A stretch of 64,000 nucleotides of DNA from Rickettsiales bacterium (GCA_041749475.1 JBGTBD010000067.1:6191-70190); one strand, 5' to 3'. Shown: positions 37,952 through 48,385, numbered from the stretch's first letter. The notes: generated by a model not told the origin, from the letters alone. Program-made: numbers and translations.

Positions 37952-40900
37952 ATGAATATCTCCCGCTTCTTTATTGACCGCCCGATTTTCGCTGGCGTCA
38001 TCTCCATGCTCATCTTCATCGCGGGACTCATCTCGATGTTCCTGCTGCCCATTTCCGAGTACCCGGAAGTCGTTCCCCCCACCGTCGTCGTCAACGCCTC
38101 CTTCCCCGGCGCGAATCCCAAGGTCATCGCCGAAACGGTCGCGACTCCGCTGGAAGAACAGATCAACGGCGTCGAGAATATGCTTTACATGTTCTCCCAA
38201 GCCACATCCGATGGCCGCCTGACCCTGACTGTCACCTTCAAGATCGGCTCCGACCCGGACCTTGCGCAACAACTCGTACAAAACCGCGTCTCGCAAGCTC
38301 TGCCACGCCTTCCGGACGTCACCCGCCAGATCGGCGTCACTGTCCTCAAAAGTTCTCCCGACCTGACGATGGTCGTCCACCTGATCTCGCCGGATGAACG
38401 CTATGACATGCTGTACTTACGGAACTACGCACTACTCAATGTCAAAGACCAACTCGCCCGCATTCAAGGCATCGGTCAGGTCAGCATTTTCGGCGCGGGG
38501 GATTACGCGATGCGCGTCTGGCTGAACCCGGATAAGATTGCGGAGCGCAATCTCACCGCCAATGATGTGGTCAACGCAATTCGCGAACAGAATATTCAGG
38601 TGGCAGCGGGTATCATCGGTGCGTCACCGAGTACGAGTGACGTGGAGCTACAACTTCCCATCAACACCCAAGGCCGACTGCAGACCGAAGAACAGTTCGG
38701 CGATATCATCATCAAGGCGGACGCCAAAGGAACCATTACCCGCCTCAAGGACGTCGCCCGCATCGAGATTGGCGCACAGGAATATGCGCTGCGGTCGCTA
38801 CTCGACAATAAACCCGCCGTCGCCATCCCGATTTTCCAACAGCCCGGCTCCAACTCCATCGAGATTTCCAATAACGTGCGTAAAGCGATGGAAGAATTGA
38901 AAGAAAACTTCCCCACGGGTGTCGATTATTCCATCGTCTATGACCCCACGGTCTTTGTCCGCGATTCCATCAAGGCCGTTATCCATACGCTGTTGGAAGC
39001 GGTTGCACTCGTTGTCGTCGTCGTTATCCTCTTCCTGCAGACGTGGCGCGCCTCCATCATCCCACTGCTGGCCGTGCCAGTCTCCATCATCGGCACATTC
39101 GCGCTGATGCATTTGTTCGGCTTCTCCATCAACGCGCTTTCATTATTCGGACTCGTCCTTGCCATCGGTATCGTCGTCGATGATGCTATTGTCGTCGTCG
39201 AAAACGTCGAGCGGAATATTGAGGAGGGGCTGCATCCGCGTGAGGCCAGTCACAAGGCCATGCGCGAAGTCAGTGGCCCGATCATCGCCATTGCGCTGAC
39301 CCTGCTCGCCGTCTTCGTCCCAATTGCATTTATCAGCGGGTTGACGGGACAGTTTTATAAACAGTTCGCGCTTACCATTGCTATCTCCACGGTGATTTCC
39401 GCCATCAACTCCCTGACCTTAAGCCCCGCCCTCGCGGCCATGCTGCTGAAAGAAAAGGGGCAGGCCAACGATTGGCTGACCCGCTTCATGGATAAATGGC
39501 TGGGCGGCTTCTTCGGTCGCTTCAACCGCTTCTTCCAGCGCAATTCCGAGCGATATTCGCACGGTGTGCATTATGTGCTGGGGCGGAAGACCGCTTCGAT
39601 GGGTGCCTATCTCGCGCTGTTATTCGTCACCTACGGCGTGTTCAATCTCGTCCCCTCCGGCTTCGTTCCTGCGCAGGATAAGCAATATCTCGTCGGCTTC
39701 GCACAACTTCCGCAAGGGGCGACGCTGGACCGTACGGAAGCCATCATCCGCCAGATGTCGGATATCGCGTTGAAAGAACCGGGCGTGGAAAGCGCCGTCG
39801 CCTTCCCCGGTCTCTCCATCAACGGCTTTACCAACAGCGCCAGTGCGGGAATCGTCTTCCTCACGCTCGACCCGTTCGAGCAGCGTAAGTCGGATGAGCT
39901 CTACGGCCTCAATATCGCCAACAGTCTGCAACAGAAATTCGGCATGATCGATGAAGCCTTCATCGCCATCTTCCCGCCACCGCCTGTTATGGGGCTCGGA
40001 ACCATCGGCGGCTTCAAGCTGGAAGTCGAGGACAGGACGGATCAGGGCTACGAAGCGCTGGATGAAACCATGAAAGCCGTTCTGGCTAAAGCATGGCAAG
40101 ACCCGCGCCTGACCGGGGTATTCAGCAGCTACCAAATCAACGTGCCGCAACTCTATGCCGATCTCGACCGGACGAAAGCCAAACAGCTCGGCCTCAACAT
40201 CGCCGATGTGTTCGACGCGATGCAGGTCTATCTCGGTTCGCTCTATATCAACGACTTCAATAAATTCGGTCGTACCTATCAGGTCATCGCGCAGGCCGAT
40301 GCACAGTTCCGTTCCAAGGTGGAAAACATCTCGCAACTGAAAGTGCGTAACGACAAGGGCGAGATGGTTCCGCTCGGCGCGGTGCTGAAAGTCACCCCCA
40401 GCTACGGCCCCGAAAGTGCTATGCGCTACAACGCCTATCGCTCGGCTGACCTCAACGGTGGCGCGGCTCCCGGCATCTCTAGCGGTCAGGCGCAGGATGC
40501 CATCGTCAAGATTCTGGAAGAGACGCTGCCGAAGGGCATGCAATATGAGTGGACGGAGCTGACCTATCAGCAGATCCTCGCGGGCGATACAACGATGATC
40601 GTCTTCCCGCTTTGCCTATTGCTGGTCTTCCTCGTCCTCGCTGCGCAATATGAGAGCCTGACGCTGCCGCTCGCCATCATCCTCATCGTGCCGATGTGCC
40701 TACTTTGCGCAGCGATAGGCGTGTTGCTGACGGGGGGGGACAATAACATCTTCACCCAGATATCGCTGTTCGTGTTGATGGGGCTTGCGTGTAAAAACGC
40801 CATCCTGATCGTCGAATTCGCGCACGAACTGGAAAAGCATGGCCGCAGCACCGTCGATGCCGCCATCGAATCCGCCCGTATGCGTCTGCGTCCGATTTTG

Positions 40901-41086
40901 ATGACGTCCTTCGCCTTCATCATGGGCGTCGTGCCGCTCGTCATCTCCTCCGGCGCGGGTGCGGAAATGCGTCACGCCATCGGCGTCGCCGTCTTCTCGG
41001 GGATGCTGGGTGTGACCTTCTTCGGCCTGTTCCTGACGCCTATATTCTACGTCATCCTCCGCACGTTCGAGAAACGCATCACCTAG
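37952..41086 (+). CDS. RND multidrug efflux permease (HAE1, AcrB/MexB family)
   Basis: 1044 aa. N-terminus MNISRFFIDRPIFAGVISMLIFIAG, with 12-TM and two-loop architecture. Confidence 0.9.
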   Translation: MNISRFFIDRPIFAGVISMLIFIAGLISMFLLPISEYPEVVPPTVVVNASFPGANPKVIAETVATPLEEQINGVENMLYMFSQATSDGRLTLTVTFKIGSDPDLAQQLVQNRVSQALPRLPDVTRQIGVTVLKSSPDLTMVVHLISPDERYDMLYLRNYALLNVKDQLARIQGIGQVSIFGAGDYAMRVWLNPDKIAERNLTANDVVNAIREQNIQVAAGIIGASPSTSDVELQLPINTQGRLQTEEQFGDIIIKADAKGTITRLKDVARIEIGAQEYALRSLLDNKPAVAIPIFQQPGSNSIEISNNVRKAMEELKENFPTGVDYSIVYDPTVFVRDSIKAVIHTLLEAVALVVVVVILFLQTWRASIIPLLAVPVSIIGTFALMHLFGFSINALSLFGLVLAIGIVVDDAIVVVENVERNIEEGLHPREASHKAMREVSGPIIAIALTLLAVFVPIAFISGLTGQFYKQFALTIAISTVISAINSLTLSPALAAMLLKEKGQANDWLTRFMDKWLGGFFGRFNRFFQRNSERYSHGVHYVLGRKTASMGAYLALLFVTYGVFNLVPSGFVPAQDKQYLVGFAQLPQGATLDRTEAIIRQMSDIALKEPGVESAVAFPGLSINGFTNSASAGIVFLTLDPFEQRKSDELYGLNIANSLQQKFGMIDEAFIAIFPPPPVMGLGTIGGFKLEVEDRTDQGYEALDETMKAVLAKAWQDPRLTGVFSSYQINVPQLYADLDRTKAKQLGLNIADVFDAMQVYLGSLYINDFNKFGRTYQVIAQADAQFRSKVENISQLKVRNDKGEMVPLGAVLKVTPSYGPESAMRYNAYRSADLNGGAAPGISSGQAQDAIVKILEETLPKGMQYEWTELTYQQILAGDTTMIVFPLCLLLVFLVLAAQYESLTLPLAIILIVPMCLLCAAIGVLLTGGDNNIFTQISLFVLMGLACKNAILIVEFAHELEKHGRSTVDAAIESARMRLRPILMTSFAFIMGVVPLVISSGAGAEMRHAIGVAVFSGMLGVTFFGLFLTPIFYVILRTFEKRIT

Positions 41087-41087
41087 A

Positions 41088-41122
41088 CAAAAAAGAACCC
41101 GCCCTCTAAAAGAGGACGGGTT
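41088..41122 (-). terminator. rho-independent terminator (efficient orientation: minus strand, after the DJ-1 gene)
   Basis: aacccgccctc-taaaa-gaggacgggtt (11 bp, one mismatch). On the minus strand it is followed by cuuuuuug. It also sits 10 nt after the RND pump stop. Confidence 0.6.
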
Positions 41123-41155
41123 AGCGAACAGGGAAGAGAACTTGTTTGCTGCGGG

Positions 41156-41770
41156 TTAGGCAGCGCTACGGCGTTGTGAAGTACTCACCTCACCGCGTAG
41201 ATATTCCATAACACCGAAGAGGTGACGCGGCAGGTCACCGGGTTTGCGCGCGGTGATGAACTGACGGTCTTCTACCAGCGCTTCATCAACGAACGTCGCG
41301 CCTGCTTTCTCAAGTTCTTCGCGAATTTCAGGCCAACACGCCATCTGGATGCCCTGAACGAGACCTGCGGTAATCAATACCTGCGGCCCGTGGCAAATGG
41401 CAGCGATGGGTTTACTTTTATCGGCGGCGAATTGCTGCACGAAGCGGATGACGTCCTCATTCTTGCACAGCTCTTCAGGTGCTTTGCCTCCGGGAATATA
41501 GAGCAGTTGATAGTCTTCCGGGCGCACATCCTTGATGGCTTTCGTCTCTTTCAGACCAAGCCCATGCTTCGCCTCGAACGACCCGCCCTTCGGCGTGACG
41601 ACATCGACCGTATACCCTTCTTCGGTCAGGCGGTAATAGGGATAGAAAAACTCCGTATCTTCCGTCTTATCTGCAGTCAGGATGATGATTTTTTCTGTTT
41701 TCTGTAATCGCGCGGGGATGGGCGCTACTTTGTGATTATCGGTCTTGGAATCCGAACCAAAGATACTCAT
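41156..41770 (-). CDS. DJ-1/PfpI family protein
   Basis: Nucleophile elbow AAICHGPQVL and the DJ-1/PfpI layout. RBS aaggag precedes ATG 41770; the track start 41839 was rejected. Confidence 0.8.
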   Translation of the reverse strand: MSIFGSDSKTDNHKVAPIPARLQKTEKIIILTADKTEDTEFFYPYYRLTEEGYTVDVVTPKGGSFEAKHGLGLKETKAIKDVRPEDYQLLYIPGGKAPEELCKNEDVIRFVQQFAADKSKPIAAICHGPQVLITAGLVQGIQMACWPEIREELEKAGATFVDEALVEDRQFITARKPGDLPRHLFGVMEYLRGEVSTSQRRSAA

Positions 41771-41915
41771 GATGATCTCCTTAATGTATGTGGTTTGGCG
41801 ACGCTCCACACAACACCAGAAGCCATATAAAATTTCCATCAGGCGTTTTCGGTTTAAAGATATTTGACTTGCGCCCCGCTAAGAGCAATGGTTGCCGCAT
41901 CCCTTGGAGTACATC

Positions 41916-43163
41916 ATGGCCCTGTCGGTGGACGTCCTCAAACTGCGCGACTTTCGCCTGCTGATGGCCGTGCGCATGTGCGGGATGATGGCGCTGCAGG
42001 CGCAGGCCGTCATCGTAGGATGGCAAGTCTATTCCATTACCAAAAGCCCGTTCATGCTGGGGTTGACGGGGCTCACCGAAGCCGTCCCCGCCATCCTCTG
42101 CGCCTTTTTCTCCGGCCATATTGTTGATATCAGCCGCCCGCATCGTGTCTATCTCGCCTGCGTCGCCGCCCTCGCGCTGAACACGCTGTTATTGTTACTA
42201 CTCGCAGGCGACATCGTCCATGTCCCCGGCGGCAACATCCTACCGTGGATCTATGGCGGCGTATTTTTCTCCGGCGTCGCACGCAGCTTCATCATGCCCG
42301 CATCCTTCTCATTACTACCACGCATCGTCCCGCGTGCGGATATTCCCTCTGCCTCTGCATGGCTGAGTAGCGGTTTCCAGATTGCCGCCATCTCCGGCCC
42401 CGCTATCGCCGGTCTCATCTATGGCGGATACGGCGCACGCGCCGCATGGTTTCTCCCTGTCGCCTTCATGAGCGCTGCATTCGTCCTTCTCGCTGCTATG
42501 AGCCTCACCCCCCGCCAATACCGTAGCGCCGAACTCCGCGAACCGACGATGAAAAGCATCCGCGCCGGGTGGAAATTCATCTTCACCCATCCCGTACTGC
42601 TCTCGGTGATGACGCTCGATATGTTCGCTGTCCTCTTCGGCGGGGCGGTCGCTATGCTGCCCGCCTATGCCGATCAGGTGCTGCATGTCGGCTCCGAAGG
42701 CCTTGGCGCACTCCGCGCCGCGCCTGCTATTGGGGCTATCATCACCGCATTGATACTCGCGCTCAAACCCTTCAAGGTCATCCGCGCCAGCACGTTATTA
42801 TGGGTCGTCGCCGGTTTTGGCGTGGCGATCATCGGCTTCGGTCTCAGCACCTATTTCTGGTTATCGATGGCCTTCCTCGCCGTCAGCGGCGCGTTCGACA
42901 GTATCAGCATGGTCATCCGCAGCACGCTGATGCAGCTCCTGACACCGGATGCCATGCGGGGGCGCGTCTCTGCCGTCAACAGTATGTTCATCATCTCTTC
43001 GAATGAAATCGGCGCGTTCGAGTCCGGCGTCGCCGCACGCTTCCTCGGACTCGTTCCCTCTATAATATTCGGCGGGGTGGGGACGCTGCTGGTCGTCGCC
43101 GCCGTGGCCACGCTCTCCCCGAAATTACGCAGACTGGAAGTGCGAACGGACGAAACGGCTTAA
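41916..43163 (+). CDS. MFS transporter
   Basis: 12 hydrophobic segments and the DxSRPHR loop motif between TM2 and TM3 (VDISRPHRV). Confidence 0.8.
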   Translation: MALSVDVLKLRDFRLLMAVRMCGMMALQAQAVIVGWQVYSITKSPFMLGLTGLTEAVPAILCAFFSGHIVDISRPHRVYLACVAALALNTLLLLLLAGDIVHVPGGNILPWIYGGVFFSGVARSFIMPASFSLLPRIVPRADIPSASAWLSSGFQIAAISGPAIAGLIYGGYGARAAWFLPVAFMSAAFVLLAAMSLTPRQYRSAELREPTMKSIRAGWKFIFTHPVLLSVMTLDMFAVLFGGAVAMLPAYADQVLHVGSEGLGALRAAPAIGAIITALILALKPFKVIRASTLLWVVAGFGVAIIGFGLSTYFWLSMAFLAVSGAFDSISMVIRSTLMQLLTPDAMRGRVSAVNSMFIISSNEIGAFESGVAARFLGLVPSIIFGGVGTLLVVAAVATLSPKLRRLEVRTDETA

Positions 43164-43798
43164 AATTTTCCTGCGTGAATAAAGGCGATAACCCCGTCGC
43201 CGATGATCTGCACCGCCATCGCCGCCAGCAACACCCCAAGCAACCGCGACAGCACGACGCGCCCGGTCGTGCCCAGCAACCGCTCAATCGTATTCGCCAG
43301 CAAAAACACTGCAAGACAACTGCCGATGACGACGCCGATGACCCCGATCAACCCGATGAAATTAAGCAGGTTATCCTTCGCCGCATTCGCTTGCAGAATG
43401 GTGGCGGTAATCGCCCCCGGCCCCGCCATCAACGGAATCGCCAGCGGGAAGGCGGCGATGTCCTTGTGATTATCCTGCGACACGGCGGCTTCGGCGGAAT
43501 TGCTTTTCCGCTCCTCGCGTTTTTCAAACACCATCTCCGCCGCGATGGAGAAGAGTAGTAACCCGCCGGCGATCTTGAACGCAGGGATGCTGATGCCAAG
43601 TGCTTCGAGCGTCGGCTTGCCACCGATGGCCGCCAGCGTCAATATCCCGAACGCGATGATGACGGAACGAAACGCCGTGCTGCGCCGCGCTTCCTTGCTG
43701 AGATGCACGGTAAGCGCAAGGAATATCGTCGCCAGTCCAGGCGGGTCGACGGCCACAAACAGCGTGATGAACGCGGTCTTGATGAATTCCATTTCCAT
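43160..43798 (-). CDS. MarC-family (UPF0056) inner-membrane protein
   Basis: 212 aa, 6 TM. FVAVDPPG and PLAIPLMAGPGAI motifs. Confidence 0.8.
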   Translation of the reverse strand: MEMEFIKTAFITLFVAVDPPGLATIFLALTVHLSKEARRSTAFRSVIIAFGILTLAAIGGKPTLEALGISIPAFKIAGGLLLFSIAAEMVFEKREERKSNSAEAAVSQDNHKDIAAFPLAIPLMAGPGAITATILQANAAKDNLLNFIGLIGVIGVVIGSCLAVFLLANTIERLLGTTGRVVLSRLLGVLLAAMAVQIIGDGVIAFIHAGKF

Positions 43799-44039
43799 GC
43801 GCGGATGCTACCATGCTGCATATTCGAAACAAGCAAACGCCGAAAAAATGTATGGCTTTTTGATACGGAATATGGTAGTGTTATTTTTATGTTAGGGTGA
43901 AACAAACCTAACGATGAAGAAGCAGAGGAATAGGGCAGTTGAATTGCGTAAGCAACCATCTGCAGCCGCCTCTGCTTCGTCGTTTTGGGCTTTCCCTTCT
44001 TTCTTTCATTGCAAAAATTTACACGCCCTTCATTATAGT

Positions 44040-44106
44040 GTCATGCCAGCGGAGGCTGGCATCCAGTACCGCTGTAAAACTGGATTCCTGCTTTCGCAGG
44101 AATGAC
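44040..44106. repeat. nested-palindrome intergenic repeat, family A, copy 2
   Basis: gtcatgccagcggaggctggcatcc-17 nt-ggattcctgctttcgcaggaatgac. Ends 14 nt before the tdh ATG. Confidence 0.8.
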
Positions 44107-44119
44107 AAAAGGAAAAAAA

Positions 44120-45151
44120 ATGAAAGCACTGGTGAAGAGCAAGACTGAACAAGGCCTATGGCTCACGGATGTTCCCGAACCTGAGCACGGTATCAACGAC
44201 GTCAAGATCCGCGTCCTTAAGACCGGCATCTGTGGTACGGACGTCCACATCTACAACTGGGACGAATGGGCACAGAAAACCATCACCCCCGGTACGGTGA
44301 TCGGCCATGAATTCGTCGGCGAGATCGCCGCCGTCGGCAGCAATGTCAGCGGCCTGAAGGTAGGCGACATCGTCTCGGCGGAAGGCCATATCGTCTGCGG
44401 TCATTGCCGCAACTGCCTCGCCGGACGCCGCCATCTCTGCGCGCATACGCAAGGCATCGGCGTCAATCGTGACGGCGCGTTCGCCGAGTTCGTCACCGTC
44501 CCCGCCATAAATGTCTGGCCCTGCAACCCCTCCATCTCCACCGACATTTTTGCGATTTTCGACCCACTCGGGAATGCGATGCACGTCGCCGGGTCGTTTG
44601 ATCTGGTGGGCGAGGATGTCCTCATCACCGGCGCTGGCCCCATCGGCATCATGGCGCTTGCGATGGCTCACCACATGGGCGCCCGCCACGTCGTCATTAC
44701 GGACGTCAACGAATACCGCCTGAACCTCGCCCGCAAACTCGGCGCCACCGCCGCCGTCAATATCACCAAGGAAGACATGCGCGAGGTGATGACGCGCCTG
44801 CATATGACCGAGGGCTTCGATGTTGGCTTCGAGATGTCCGGCCACCCGGACGGCTTGCGCCAAATGATCGACCTGATGGTGCATGGCGGCAAGATGGCAC
44901 TGCTCGGCATCCAGCCGAAAGAAACCGGAGTCGATTGGGACGCGGTCGTCTTCAAGGGCCTCACCCTGAAAGGCATCTACGGCCGCCAGATGTTCGAGAC
45001 CTGGTATAAATTGACGGCCATGCTGCAAAGCGGCCTCGACATCAACCCACTCATCACCCACCGCTTTTCCTACAAGGATTACGAAGAAGGATTTTCAGTC
45101 ATGCGCTCCGGCCAGTCGGGAAAAGTCGTGTTGGATTGGAGCCAGATATGA
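44120..45151 (+). CDS. tdh: L-threonine 3-dehydrogenase
   Basis: Colinear by eye with E. coli Tdh ([56 protein letters not shown]). Confidence 0.95.
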   Translation: MKALVKSKTEQGLWLTDVPEPEHGINDVKIRVLKTGICGTDVHIYNWDEWAQKTITPGTVIGHEFVGEIAAVGSNVSGLKVGDIVSAEGHIVCGHCRNCLAGRRHLCAHTQGIGVNRDGAFAEFVTVPAINVWPCNPSISTDIFAIFDPLGNAMHVAGSFDLVGEDVLITGAGPIGIMALAMAHHMGARHVVITDVNEYRLNLARKLGATAAVNITKEDMREVMTRLHMTEGFDVGFEMSGHPDGLRQMIDLMVHGGKMALLGIQPKETGVDWDAVVFKGLTLKGIYGRQMFETWYKLTAMLQSGLDINPLITHRFSYKDYEEGFSVMRSGQSGKVVLDWSQI

Positions 45152-46329
45152 GCCTCGCCGAACAACTCTCTACCGAACTCGCCACCATGCAAAATGGGGG
45201 GACGCTGAAAAAATTCCGCCATATCACCACGCCCATGAGCACCGAAGTGGACATGGAAGAAAAGCAGGATGTGCTGGTGCTCTCTTCCAATAATTATCTC
45301 GGCCTCGCCGACCATCCCGAACTCATCGCCGCCGGGAAAGAGGCGCTGGATACATACGGCGCAGGCACGGCCTCAGTTCGCTTCATCTGCGGCACATTCT
45401 CCATCCACCGCGTACTGGAAGACGCCATCGCCAAGCTGCACCATACGGAAGCATCACTTTCCTACGTCTCCTGTTGGACAGCCAATACTGGCCTCATCCC
45501 CGCCATCTCCGGTGCGGAAGACGTCCTCATCAGCGACGCGCTGAACCATGCCTCGCTGATCGACGGCTGCCGCATGTCGAAAGCCAAGCGCGCCGTCTAT
45601 AAACACGCCGATATGGCCGACCTCGAAGCCAAGTTGAAAGAGGCGAAAGAAACCCGCCGCCGCTTTATCATCACCGACGGCGTATTCAGTATGGAAGGTG
45701 ACATCTGCCCACTGCCCGACATTATCGCCCTCGCCACGAAATACGATGCCACCGTCATCCTCGATGATTCCCACGGCGTCGGCGTCATGGGTCGTCACGG
45801 GCGCGGTACGGCGGAGCATTTCGGGGTCGAAGGCGAGGTGGACATCATCACCGGCACACTGGGCAAAGCGCTTGGCGGTGCAGCGGGCGGCTACGTCGCC
45901 GGGCCGCAGGCCTTGATCGACTACCTGCAACAAACCTCCCGCCCACAACTTTTCTCCAACGCACTCCCCGCCACCATCGCCGCCAGCGCCGGAAAAGCCA
46001 TCGAGATATTGCAGCGCGAACCCGAGCGCGTTACTCGCCTCCACCAATTGACCGAACTGATGCGCGAAGGCTTAAAGCGCAAAGGTTTTGCTCCATTAGA
46101 AGGCGACTCGGCCATCGTCCCCATCATCGTCGGCGAAACCGCCTTCGCCATCAAGATGAGCGAAGCGCTGTTGCAAGAAGGGATTTTTATTACAGGCTTC
46201 GGCTATCCGGTCGTCCCGGAAGGCTCGGCACGTCTGCGTTTGCAAGTATGCGCCACGCTGAAGGAAGAACAAATTGAGCGTGCACTAACGGCGTTTGAAA
46301 AAGTCGGGAAAGCGTTAGACATAATATAA
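45148..46329 (+). CDS. kbl: glycine C-acetyltransferase (2-amino-3-ketobutyrate CoA ligase)
   Basis: Class II aminotransferase pattern with the PLP-lysine context [14 protein letters not shown] overlap with the tdh stop. Confidence 0.95.
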   Translation: MSLAEQLSTELATMQNGGTLKKFRHITTPMSTEVDMEEKQDVLVLSSNNYLGLADHPELIAAGKEALDTYGAGTASVRFICGTFSIHRVLEDAIAKLHHTEASLSYVSCWTANTGLIPAISGAEDVLISDALNHASLIDGCRMSKAKRAVYKHADMADLEAKLKEAKETRRRFIITDGVFSMEGDICPLPDIIALATKYDATVILDDSHGVGVMGRHGRGTAEHFGVEGEVDIITGTLGKALGGAAGGYVAGPQALIDYLQQTSRPQLFSNALPATIAASAGKAIEILQREPERVTRLHQLTELMREGLKRKGFAPLEGDSAIVPIIVGETAFAIKMSEALLQEGIFITGFGYPVVPEGSARLRLQVCATLKEEQIERALTAFEKVGKALDII

Positions 46330-46332
46330 TCT

Positions 46333-46400
46333 GTCACCCTGAACTTGTTTCAGGGTCCATCTTTCCGGCACACTGGATGCTGAAACAAGTTCAGCATGAC
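46333..46400. repeat. nested-palindrome intergenic repeat, family B, copy 1
   Basis: gtcaccctgaacttgtttcagggtcc-16 nt-ggatgctgaaacaagttcagcatgac. Fills the 79-nt gap between convergent kbl and the ABC-F gene. Confidence 0.85.
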
Positions 46401-46408
46401 ACCAAAAC

Positions 46409-48268
46409 CTATCCCTGCGCCGCAAGTGCCATTTCTTCCAATTCCAGCCAGCGAATCTCCGCGGCATCCAGTTCTTTCTGCGCCTCCCCATACCGCCGCA
46501 TGGCTTTGTCGAACGCTTCCGGGTCACGCGTATAAAGTTCCGCGTCATCCATTAACAATCTCAACTGCTCCAGCTCCTCATCCAGCGCCGCGATTTTATT
46601 CGGCATCTGTTCCAGCTCATGCTTGTACTTATACGAAAGCTTGCTGACCGGGGCAGGGGAGGGCGCGGCCTCCGCGGCCTTCGGTGGCGCTAGGGGACTC
46701 GACTTGGGTGGCGTCACAGGCTTATTTTTGGCCGTCACATAATCGGTGTATCCACCCAGATACCCCTCCACCACCGCATTCCCCTCGAACGCAATCACCT
46801 CCGTCACCGTACGGTCAAGAAAGTCGCGGTCATGGCTGACGAGCAGCAGCGTGCCTTTGTATTCGGACAGCACTTCCTGCAGCATATCGAGCGTATCCAT
46901 ATCAAGGTCGTTCGTCGGCTCGTCAAGGATCAGCACGTTCCCTGGATTAGTCAGCAACTTCGCCAGCATCAACCGGTTCTGCTGCCCTCCCGATAACGTC
47001 GCCACTTTGTCGCGCGCGATTTTCGGGTCGAACAGAAAGTCCTTCAGATATGCACACACATGCTTCGATTTTTCTTCTTCCCCCGCTTGCAATAACACCC
47101 GGTCGCCCCCTTGCGGACAGAGCGTTTCCCACAGCGTTTTATTCGGGTCAAGCTGCACCCGGTTCTGGTCGAAATAGGAAATGGCGATGGATTTTCCCAG
47201 CAGCACACTCCCTTTATCCGCCTCCATCTCCTTCACCAGAAGCTTCAGGAAGGTCGATTTCCCAGAGCCATTCTTGCCGATAACGCCGATACGGTCCCCG
47301 CGCATGATACGCAGGTTGAAATCCTTGAGGATGGGAATAGACGTGCCGTTACGGTCGAATGATTTGCTCACTCCACGGAATTCCGCCACGCGCTTGGACG
47401 CCTGCACCGGCGTCATCGGGTCAAGTTCGATGGTGGCGATGCGTTGGCGGTAGGCCGCTTTGTCGTTGCGCAATTTCTCGCGCATCCGTTCCAGTTCGCG
47501 CATCCGCCGTTGGTTCCGTTTCCGCCGTCCGGTGACGCCCCCTTGCGTCCAGTCAATCTCTGCCATCATCTTGCGCTGCAAATTATGCAGTTCGCGTGCT
47601 TCCTGCTCGACCACCTGTTCCATCCAGTTGTCAAAATTCGCATACCCGAATGGACAGGTCTTCACCGCACCCCGGTCGATCCAGAACACCTTACGCGAGA
47701 TGGTGGTAAGAAATGCCCGGTCATGGCTGACGCAGACGACCGCGCCTTTATACTGCGACAGGAATTGCTCCAGCCATTCGATGGCGCCTAGGTCAAGATG
47801 ATTCGTGGGCTCGTCAAGCAACAGAATATCTGGCTCCGACACTAATGCGCGCGCCAATGCCGCCCGCCGCAACTGCCCGCCGGAAAGCGTCTTCATGATC
47901 GCATCCGGGTCGATATCGAGCGGCGCGATGACGATATCCGCCTGGTAATGCCGCTCTTCCGTGCGCTGTAATTCGGTCAGGCCGGACATCACAAACTGCT
48001 TCACCGTCTCTTCCGGATTGAATTCCACTTTCTGCGCAAGGTAGCCGATACTCAACCCCGGATAGACGAACCGTGTTCCCTTATCGAGCTCCAGCTCCTC
48101 CGTGATCAGCCGCATCAATGTCGTTTTCCCCGCACCGTTTTTACCCACGAGACAGATCTTATCGTTCTCAACGATATGCAGGTTCAGCTCCTCGAACAGC
48201 GGTTTTCCGCCGAAGGAGAGTGAGACGTCTTCCAGTGTAAGCAATACGCGGGGTGGCATAGGCGGCAC
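46409..48268 (-). CDS. ABC-F family ATPase (Uup-like, two NBDs plus C-terminal coiled coil)
   Basis: Two Walker A sites (GKNGAGKTT, GKNGSGKST), two signatures (LSGGQLRR, LSGGQQNR), no TM domain, and a basic coiled-coil tail. Confidence 0.9.
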   Translation of the reverse strand: MPPMPPRVLLTLEDVSLSFGGKPLFEELNLHIVENDKICLVGKNGAGKTTLMRLITEELELDKGTRFVYPGLSIGYLAQKVEFNPEETVKQFVMSGLTELQRTEERHYQADIVIAPLDIDPDAIMKTLSGGQLRRAALARALVSEPDILLLDEPTNHLDLGAIEWLEQFLSQYKGAVVCVSHDRAFLTTISRKVFWIDRGAVKTCPFGYANFDNWMEQVVEQEARELHNLQRKMMAEIDWTQGGVTGRRKRNQRRMRELERMREKLRNDKAAYRQRIATIELDPMTPVQASKRVAEFRGVSKSFDRNGTSIPILKDFNLRIMRGDRIGVIGKNGSGKSTFLKLLVKEMEADKGSVLLGKSIAISYFDQNRVQLDPNKTLWETLCPQGGDRVLLQAGEEEKSKHVCAYLKDFLFDPKIARDKVATLSGGQQNRLMLAKLLTNPGNVLILDEPTNDLDMDTLDMLQEVLSEYKGTLLLVSHDRDFLDRTVTEVIAFEGNAVVEGYLGGYTDYVTAKNKPVTPPKSSPLAPPKAAEAAPSPAPVSKLSYKYKHELEQMPNKIAALDEELEQLRLLMDDAELYTRDPEAFDKAMRRYGEAQKELDAAEIRWLELEEMALAAQG

Positions 48269-48385
48269 TCTTGTTGATTTTAAGGCGTCCTTGCAAGAAA
48301 AATGTATGCTTGCGACGGGCTTTCATGCTCCATATAGGTTTCTTAGGCGGGGCAGTCTATCTTCCAAAATCATACAGGGGTTTAT

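Noticed and set aside
37148-45061. Long antisense ORFs opposite real genes, for example 37148..37873, 39620..40543 and 44156..45061, and also 12380..12949 and 14898..15443.
   Set aside because: These are typical mirror-frame ORFs of GC-rich coding DNA. Their products are low-complexity (Arg/Gly/Asp/His-rich), while the sense strand gives strongly recognisable proteins (RND adaptor and pump, Tdh, helicase, PdeM).
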